Source: Patescibacteria group bacterium (GTDB lineage Bacteria > Patescibacteriota > Minisyncoccia > Phycocordibacterales > Zambryskibacteraceae). From it: a stretch of DNA of 64,000 nt. The notes below the pieces were generated by a model. It searched no databases, was not told where the DNA came from, and saw only the letters and a list, made by a program, of their open reading frames with translations. This document shows, in pieces, positions 58,191-64,000 of this stretch. Every line of letters begins with the position of its first letter. The stretch's first letter is position 1. The stretch lies in contig SCSN01000005.1 of NCBI GenBank assembly GCA_004322205.1, positions 6,642-70,641 on the forward strand. The letters are read 5' to 3'. The position numbers and the translations under genes were made by a program.

Positions 58191-60155
58191 TTACGGCAAG
58201 GTAACTCCTGCTGTTCTCCAGCTTGACTTACCCGCCATGAAGTTCGATGTTGACGAACCTGCCGGGCCAACCCATCGGATTGATTCAAGACCAACCGTAT
58301 AGGATCCCGTCGGGAAGAGAGCACCGGAAACATGACGGCCTTCAACTGTGAAGGATACCGGCAAGTCAATCGAGTTGCCTTCTGACAGAGTCCATGATTC
58401 GGTCAGACCGGCTGTCACCACACCTGAAGCAGGTGTCGTGTAGTCAGTCGAGGAAGCAGCAAGCGATGATGTCGCAACGCTGTTTTGGTAGAGATCAAAG
58501 CGTCCGCTGCCGCCATTGGCACTAATGGTTGTAGTACCAACCAATGGGCTTGTAGAAGCCACCGTACCGAACATAACATCTGCACCGACTGCCTTAATGC
58601 GAAGCGTAAATGTCGCTTTGGCAGTTGAGGTTGAGACATTATTCTGCGATGCAGTTGCACTCTTCTCAATTGTCTTAGAAAGAAGAGTGAATTCAGCGCC
58701 AGTATTTCTGACAGTAACTCGCTCTCCCGTCGTTGATCCCGTTTTGGTGATCGTGCCACCGGTTGAGCTCTCGGCGGTAATACCAGTACTTGATGCCCAG
58801 ATTTCAAAGATAGCCGGGTTGCCTTGAGCATCGCGGATATCTAGTTTGACTGTCAGTGGCTTTGTCGTGTCTTTAGGAACGACGTAGTCAATGTCATCGA
58901 AGAGAGCATCCATTCCTCCGGCAACTGCCGAGGAAGAAATAGCTGCGCTTCCGACAAGAGTGCTACCATCGTAGAGATAGGCAGTGGTGGCTGTTGCTGT
59001 CGAGGCCCCGACTGTCACGCTCTTAAGCACTTGGACATGCATATCTACAATCTTGATGCTGTCCTTTTCCGCCTTGAGGTCGAAAATGGCAGCGTCCATT
59101 TTGTCATACTCGTCTTCAGTAGTACCCTGGCTTGCAACTACTTCACGAATCACTGGACTTGCGCTGTTCAGAGAAATAATCAGGTTTGCGCTGTCCGTAA
59201 GTGAAGCGGCGGTCGTCACGTCATTGCTGAATGCTGTGCTTGGGCTCTTCTGGTCAATGTTGGCGCCGTCAAGAGCTCGAACGCCGTCAACGGGCAGAGT
59301 CAGAGTCCAGGTGTGCTGATCAGCGGCCTTGATTGTAGCCATCATATCCATAGCAACAGTCAGGATCCTCTTCGTGTTCTTAGGTACTATCCAGCTGAAG
59401 CCGGTAATCTGAACGAAGTAATTTGAGCCCTCTTTGAAGACGGTGCTCGAATTAAGGTCAGATTGGGCTACAACTGTTGAACCATCCATAAGATAAACTC
59501 TTGAGAATATCTTAGTGTAGGTAGTCGTGGTAGTACCAATGTTGAGCTTGACTCTCTGGACCGCAAGGTCTGAGTTCTTAGCTTCAATCTCTAGACCCAA
59601 GACTGCTACCTTTGTTTCACCCTCGCGAATGGTTATGCCAGAGCTTGGAGAAGGATTCTTACTTACGGTAAGAGTACCTTCAATTCCAGGCGTGGTGATT
59701 CCCGCTGGCGGAGTGGTCGGAGTCGTGGGTGTCGTTGGGGTCGGACCTGCCATCGAGCTGTATTTTGCTCGAGAGATGGAACCGAAGTACCCCGCGGCCG
59801 GAGAAACTCCATTTGCCGCCTGCCAAGCTGCAACTGCTGCCTTGGTTATGCTTCCAAAGTAACCAGTTGCTCCGCCGGAAAAGGTGAAGTGCCCAGTACC
59901 CGTCAGATAATTCTGAAGGCAGGTTACGTCAGCCCCGCGTGAACCCATGGTGAGGTCACCCGTGAATGAACATGAACCAGCACTCCCACCGCCCGTAACA
60001 AGTCCTTGAAGGAGGGTGGCTTGTGAGCCAGTCAACCCAAGAACTTGGATGATGGCATTTACTTCGGCTTGAGTAAGTGCCTTTGCTGGGGTAGCGCCAC
60101 CGACGAGAGCCAAAGCTAACGCCAGTGCCGCAAAACCCATAATAAATCTACTCAT
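58191..60155 (-). CDS. Secreted cell-surface protein: signal peptide, peptidoglycan-binding (PG_binding_1-like) domain, TP-rich linker and a large Ig/beta-sandwich-like T/S-rich region
   Basis: MSRFIMGFAALALALALVGGATPAKA. GSRGADVTCLQNYL...GYFGSITKAAVAAWQAANGV (PG_binding_1 pattern). PTPTTPTTPTTPP linker. Confidence 0.6.
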   Translation of the reverse strand: MSRFIMGFAALALALALVGGATPAKALTQAEVNAIIQVLGLTGSQATLLQGLVTGGGSAGSCSFTGDLTMGSRGADVTCLQNYLTGTGHFTFSGGATGYFGSITKAAVAAWQAANGVSPAAGYFGSISRAKYSSMAGPTPTTPTTPTTPPAGITTPGIEGTLTVSKNPSPSSGITIREGETKVAVLGLEIEAKNSDLAVQRVKLNIGTTTTTYTKIFSRVYLMDGSTVVAQSDLNSSTVFKEGSNYFVQITGFSWIVPKNTKRILTVAMDMMATIKAADQHTWTLTLPVDGVRALDGANIDQKSPSTAFSNDVTTAASLTDSANLIISLNSASPVIREVVASQGTTEDEYDKMDAAIFDLKAEKDSIKIVDMHVQVLKSVTVGASTATATTAYLYDGSTLVGSAAISSSAVAGGMDALFDDIDYVVPKDTTKPLTVKLDIRDAQGNPAIFEIWASSTGITAESSTGGTITKTGSTTGERVTVRNTGAEFTLLSKTIEKSATASQNNVSTSTAKATFTLRIKAVGADVMFGTVASTSPLVGTTTISANGGSGRFDLYQNSVATSSLAASSTDYTTPASGVVTAGLTESWTLSEGNSIDLPVSFTVEGRHVSGALFPTGSYTVGLESIRWVGPAGSSTSNFMAGKSSWRTAGVTLP

Positions 60156-60602
60156 AATTAATTCTAATTTGATGCGATCTTCTCCACCTTACTAATAAAG
60201 ATTGTGGAGAAGATCGCCCCGCGCTTTTCCGCGCGGTTGTGTTTTTCTTCTAATAACTACTGCTAATCTCAACTCTCCGTCTCATTTCCCGCACCGCAGA
60301 CACGGGGCAGGCTTTCGACACTCGACGAAGAGAGTTGGCAATGTTGGTCTGAATGCTTTCGTGCAGTCGAGGCGGTACAAAGACATCAGTAACATACCTT
60401 TCTGTACTCATAAGAGACGAAGGGCAGGAAACTTTCTTACGCCATGCGGGCACATTCGGCGTGTCATTATTATAGTATGCCGCAAATGGCCTGCAAAATA
60501 AGGCTATGTGGATAACTCTCTACTAAAAGAGGAGTTTGTGTCATTTCTCTATTTATAGAGAGTTGAAATGCTACCAAAAAGAATAAAAAAGTCAAAAAAG
60601 GC

Positions 60603-61487
60603 TCAAGAAAGGCTATATCGAGTCCAACGGCGCTCTCCCCTTTTTTTAATAATTCCCTCCGAAACCAAGGAAAGAAGCTCTCTCTGAAGAGTTTTTTCAC
60701 TGCAGTTTTTTACGAGCTCGCTCACATCTTTAACCGTAACCTCCTTTTTTCTCTTAAGAAGGCTGACAATGGCGCTTCTGCGCGCATTTCTCTTTATTGT
60801 TATGGCGCCCAAATTTGTGAGTGCCTGTCCCCGCGCGGCTATTTTAGCCTGCGACTCGCGGTCGCTAGCCTCTGGCACCGCAGGTCGTTCTAAAGGACTT
60901 TTTAAAAATGTCCTTGAAGATCCGTCTGTAAATTGACTTGCGGTTTCCTCTCTTTCTAATGTAGCGCTTGCCGCCTCAAGTTGAGGTGACAGGCGAAAGA
61001 AATCATCTCGGATCAAAGAACGCGAGAACTCGGGCTTCCGAGACGAGCTTGCCAGCCGGAATCGCTCCTCCAAATGGCTTAAGAGAGCCAGTAATTCACG
61101 AGTTAAAATCTCTGCGCTCTCGACAGAGAACAAACCAGAAGTTTTGCCGACTTCCAGAAGCGAGATGAGTTCAGAAACCGTCGGCTGGATACCTTCTTCA
61201 TAGGCGGAGCTTCCGCCCGGCAGACTGTGAAGAAACCCGATACAAAAGGACAAAAGCCGAGAGGAAAGCGAGCGGAAAATCCATTTCATGGGCTCACTGT
61301 CGGCAAAAAAATTTGTCAGGAGATAGAACGCTTCAGTTATTCTCTCCGTCTTTTTCAAAATGAAAAAGACGTTTTTGTCTTTTAGATATGGGAATGAAAT
61401 CAAGTGATTCTCTTGTGTAGCAACAGATTTCTTGTCGTTCTGTCTCTGACCAGATTGGTCTTTGTCCTTTTTAACTTCATCCCCCAT
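60603..61487 (-). CDS. Hypothetical protein with a C-terminal winged-helix (DeoR/MarR-like) DNA-binding domain
   Basis: 294 aa. The C-terminus SAIVSLLKRKKEVTVKDVSELVKNCSEKTLQRELLSLVSEGIIKKRGERRWTRYSL is a wHTH pattern. Divergent from ftsK. Confidence 0.45.
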   Translation of the reverse strand: MGDEVKKDKDQSGQRQNDKKSVATQENHLISFPYLKDKNVFFILKKTERITEAFYLLTNFFADSEPMKWIFRSLSSRLLSFCIGFLHSLPGGSSAYEEGIQPTVSELISLLEVGKTSGLFSVESAEILTRELLALLSHLEERFRLASSSRKPEFSRSLIRDDFFRLSPQLEAASATLEREETASQFTDGSSRTFLKSPLERPAVPEASDRESQAKIAARGQALTNLGAITIKRNARRSAIVSLLKRKKEVTVKDVSELVKNCSEKTLQRELLSLVSEGIIKKRGERRWTRYSLS

Positions 61488-61668
61488 AATTTTGTCCTTT
61501 TAAAGGACGAATAGATTTTTGTCTTTTATGGTCTGTGTGTAGGTCATACTAGCACTGTCCTTTATTGTCTGCAACTAACAAATCGGGAGCGAGATATACT
61601 CTCAAATGAAGGTAAGGGACAAATGCAAAAGGACAATGATCAGTCGGCATAAACCTCATATGATATGA

Positions 61669-63870
61669 TTGATGAGCAAAGCAATGTCACGAAAAAATCG
61701 CAGCAATCAGCGGGGCTTTGGTGACAAAATCAAGGTGCGGATACGGGAAGAGACCTCACGGGGGGTGTTTGGTGTGGCTTTTGCTGTCCTAGCGATTTTC
61801 TTTATTCTCTCCGCCCTCTCCAAAGCCGGCGTGGTCGGGGAGGTCAGCTATCGCCTACTCGGAAGACTCTTTGGCTACGGCTACTTTCTCCTGCCTCTTC
61901 TCTGCGCTCTGCTTGCCTATTCCGCTTTCCAAAACCTCAAGCGCAAAATATCCGGAACGCAGATCGGCGCAAGTCTTCTTTTTTTTCTCACCGGATTGGG
62001 AACTATCAATCTCTTTGAGAGCGGGGCGGGCGGGATAATCGGTCGCCTCATTGGTGTACCGCTCGTGTCACTCTTCGATGTCTACGCGGCGGGGATTATT
62101 CTGGCTGGGTTTCTAGTAATCTCCTTCCTCATTGCCTTCGATACTTCCTTACGGCTGGACTTCCTCTTTGCCCTGAAGCGGCTCTTCCGACGCAAGGAAA
62201 AGGGGCCGGTTATTATTCAGAGCATCACGGAAGAAGAAAAATACCAAGAGAGAATCATGAGAGAGGCACAGGAACGAGCAGAAAGAGAAAAAACTGATGA
62301 GTTTGCGGTGATGCCGGCAATCAAAAAACTCGACAAGGAAGAAGCTTTCATCTCACTCAAACCAAAAACATTTTCCCTCTCTCCTTTCACTCCCCCGCCG
62401 CTCTCCCTCCTTGAGAGAGACCGCGGCCGCCCCGACGTCGGTGACATCAAAGCCAATGCAAATATCATCAAGCGCACGCTCCAGAACTTCGGCATTCCCG
62501 TCGAGATGGATGAAGTTTCCATTGGCCCCTCGGTTACCCGCTACGCTCTCAAACCGGCAGAAGGAGTAAAGCTCTCCCGCATCATGGGTCTTCAAAACAA
62601 CCTCGAGCTCGCTCTGGCGGCGCATCCTGTTCGTATTGAAGCACCCATCCCGGGCAAATCGCTTGTTGGCATTGAGATCCCTAACCAAGTAAAAACACTT
62701 GTCGGACTCGGCTCGCTTCTCTCCGAAGAAGAGTTTCAAACCTCAGACAAACCGCTCCTTATCGCCATTGGAAGAGGAATATCGGGCAAATCGCACTTTG
62801 GTAGCATGGCGAAAATGCCTCATCTGCTGGTTGCTGGTGCGACGGGCTCCGGAAAATCAGTCTCCATTCACGCCATTATCGCCTCCCTGCTCTACCGCAA
62901 CCCCCCAGAAAACCTCAAGTTCATCATGATTGATCCCAAGCGCGTTGAGCTCACTCTCTACAACGGCATCCCCCATCTCCTCACCCCGGTACTGACCGAC
63001 CCCAAGAAGGCGATTCTTGCTCTTAAGTGGATTGCCAAGGAAATGGATCGCCGCTACGACATTCTGGAGGAATGCTCGGTGCGTGACATCGAGTCGTACC
63101 ACAAAAACATTCTCGAGCCGGAGGTGAAAAAATTCCGCGAGAAGGGTCTTGCCGAGGCGCCGGAATCGCTTCCCGAAACCATGCCCTACATTGTCATCAT
63201 CCTTGATGAGCTTGCTGATATCATGCAGACATATCCTCGCGAGCTCGAGAGCGCAGTGGTGCGGCTGGCGCAGATGAGCAGGGCCGTGGGAATCCATCTT
63301 ATCCTCTCCACCCAGCGACCTTCGGTAAACGTCATCACCGGGCTCATCAAGGCAAACATCCCCGCCCGCATCGCTCTGCAAGTCATCTCCCAAGTCGACT
63401 CGCGCACTATTCTCGACTCTGCCGGGGCAGAAAAACTGCTCGGCGCCGGCGACATGCTCTATCTCTCCGGAGAAATGTCAAAGCCCCAGCGCCTGCAGTC
63501 TGCTTTTATTTCCGAAGGAGAAGTGAAAAAACTTGTCAAATACGTGAGAGACCACTCTCCAGAGGAAGCTACTCCCGAAATTAGCTTTGCTTCCGAGACA
63601 GCGGGCGGTTCTCTCTTCGGAGGTGCATTTACCAAGGAAGGAGAAGATGATCTCTACGAAGAAGCGCGTCAGACTGTGGTTCGCGCAGGCAAAGCCTCGA
63701 CCTCATACCTTCAAAGAAAACTCGGCGTAGGATATGCGCGGGCGGCGCGGCTGATGGATATGCTCGAAGAGCGAGGAGTGGTCGGAGCAGGTTCCGGAGC
63801 AAAGCCTCGCGAGGTCCTCGTGAAATCAGACACCGCGCCAACCATTGAAAACAGCAATGACGGAATATAA
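61669..63870 (+). CDS. ftsK: DNA translocase FtsK
   Basis: 733 aa. N-terminal 4 TM helices, Walker A GATGSGKS, Walker B IVIILDELAD, and C-terminal gamma (wHTH) domain TSYLQRKLGVGYARAARLMDMLEERGVV. Confidence 0.85.
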   Translation: MMSKAMSRKNRSNQRGFGDKIKVRIREETSRGVFGVAFAVLAIFFILSALSKAGVVGEVSYRLLGRLFGYGYFLLPLLCALLAYSAFQNLKRKISGTQIGASLLFFLTGLGTINLFESGAGGIIGRLIGVPLVSLFDVYAAGIILAGFLVISFLIAFDTSLRLDFLFALKRLFRRKEKGPVIIQSITEEEKYQERIMREAQERAEREKTDEFAVMPAIKKLDKEEAFISLKPKTFSLSPFTPPPLSLLERDRGRPDVGDIKANANIIKRTLQNFGIPVEMDEVSIGPSVTRYALKPAEGVKLSRIMGLQNNLELALAAHPVRIEAPIPGKSLVGIEIPNQVKTLVGLGSLLSEEEFQTSDKPLLIAIGRGISGKSHFGSMAKMPHLLVAGATGSGKSVSIHAIIASLLYRNPPENLKFIMIDPKRVELTLYNGIPHLLTPVLTDPKKAILALKWIAKEMDRRYDILEECSVRDIESYHKNILEPEVKKFREKGLAEAPESLPETMPYIVIILDELADIMQTYPRELESAVVRLAQMSRAVGIHLILSTQRPSVNVITGLIKANIPARIALQVISQVDSRTILDSAGAEKLLGAGDMLYLSGEMSKPQRLQSAFISEGEVKKLVKYVRDHSPEEATPEISFASETAGGSLFGGAFTKEGEDDLYEEARQTVVRAGKASTSYLQRKLGVGYARAARLMDMLEERGVVGAGSGAKPREVLVKSDTAPTIENSNDGI

Positions 63871-64000
63871 GTCAAAAAGGCGAATCTACCTCGTCGTCGG
63901 GCTGGTCGGGGCGGCTCTGGCCGGCTATGTGCTCTTTCAGTCGCGCAATCTCATCCTCGGACCTTCGCTTACTGTGAGCGAGCCGCGCGACGGGGCGCGG
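63857..64000 (+). CDS. Partial ORF (N-terminus of a membrane-anchored protein) running off the window end
   Basis: MTEYKSKRRIYLVVGLVGAALAGYVLFQSRNLILGPSLTVSEPRDGAR. The ATG overlaps the ftsK stop in another frame. Confidence 0.3.
   Translation, partial: MTEYKSKRRIYLVVGLVGAALAGYVLFQSRNLILGPSLTVSEPRDGAR

Overview
The sequence looks like a Candidate Phyla Radiation / Parcubacteria-like bacterial genome at roughly 50% GC. Reading left to right:

1. 1–17.5 kb: a large minus-strand glycan-assembly cluster (GT2/GT4/GT39 glycosyltransferases, three SAM methyltransferases, AsnB-type amidotransferase, deacetylase-like protein, Wzy-like ligase with TPR repeats, GtrA, flavin oxidoreductase) plus a frameshifted and truncated UDP-glucose-dehydrogenase-like pseudogene.
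2. 17.5–23.4 kb: a TraD/VirD4-like ATPase, NUDIX hydrolase, sugar nucleotidyltransferase, GH-like TIM-barrel protein, PurN and tRNA-Ile(GAU).
3. 24.3–27.7 kb: a 16S rRNA gene swollen to about 3.4 kb by two intron-like insertions, one carrying a LAGLIDADG homing endonuclease.
4. 28–36.4 kb: secDF, sugar transferases, an EamA-like transporter, RodA/FtsW and a vWA protein.
5. 36.8–42.5 kb: a 5S-like paralog, 5S rRNA, a 141-nt oversized tRNA-like element and a 23S rRNA of about 5 kb with two adjacent introns carrying LAGLIDADG ORFs (one degenerate). The 23S-5S unit lies about 10 kb upstream of the 16S on the same strand, so the rRNA genes are unlinked.
6. 43–51.3 kb: a GC-rich segment with rplJL, a frameshifted ParB-like gene, orphan proteins and identical hairpin terminator units.
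7. 51.9–58.1 kb: an AT-rich island encoding a secreted lamin-tail-domain protein, a beta-helix plus LCAT/PGAP1-like lipase, and a tandem array of small membrane-protein genes separated by repeated cassette remnants. This island is the strongest candidate in the window for an undescribed secreted effector/immunity-like system.
8. 58–64 kb: a peptidoglycan-binding surface protein, a wHTH protein and FtsK.

No Shine-Dalgarno (SD) sites are seen at most gene starts, and the 16S 3' tail lacks CCUCC. No CRISPR array or reverse transcriptase was found.
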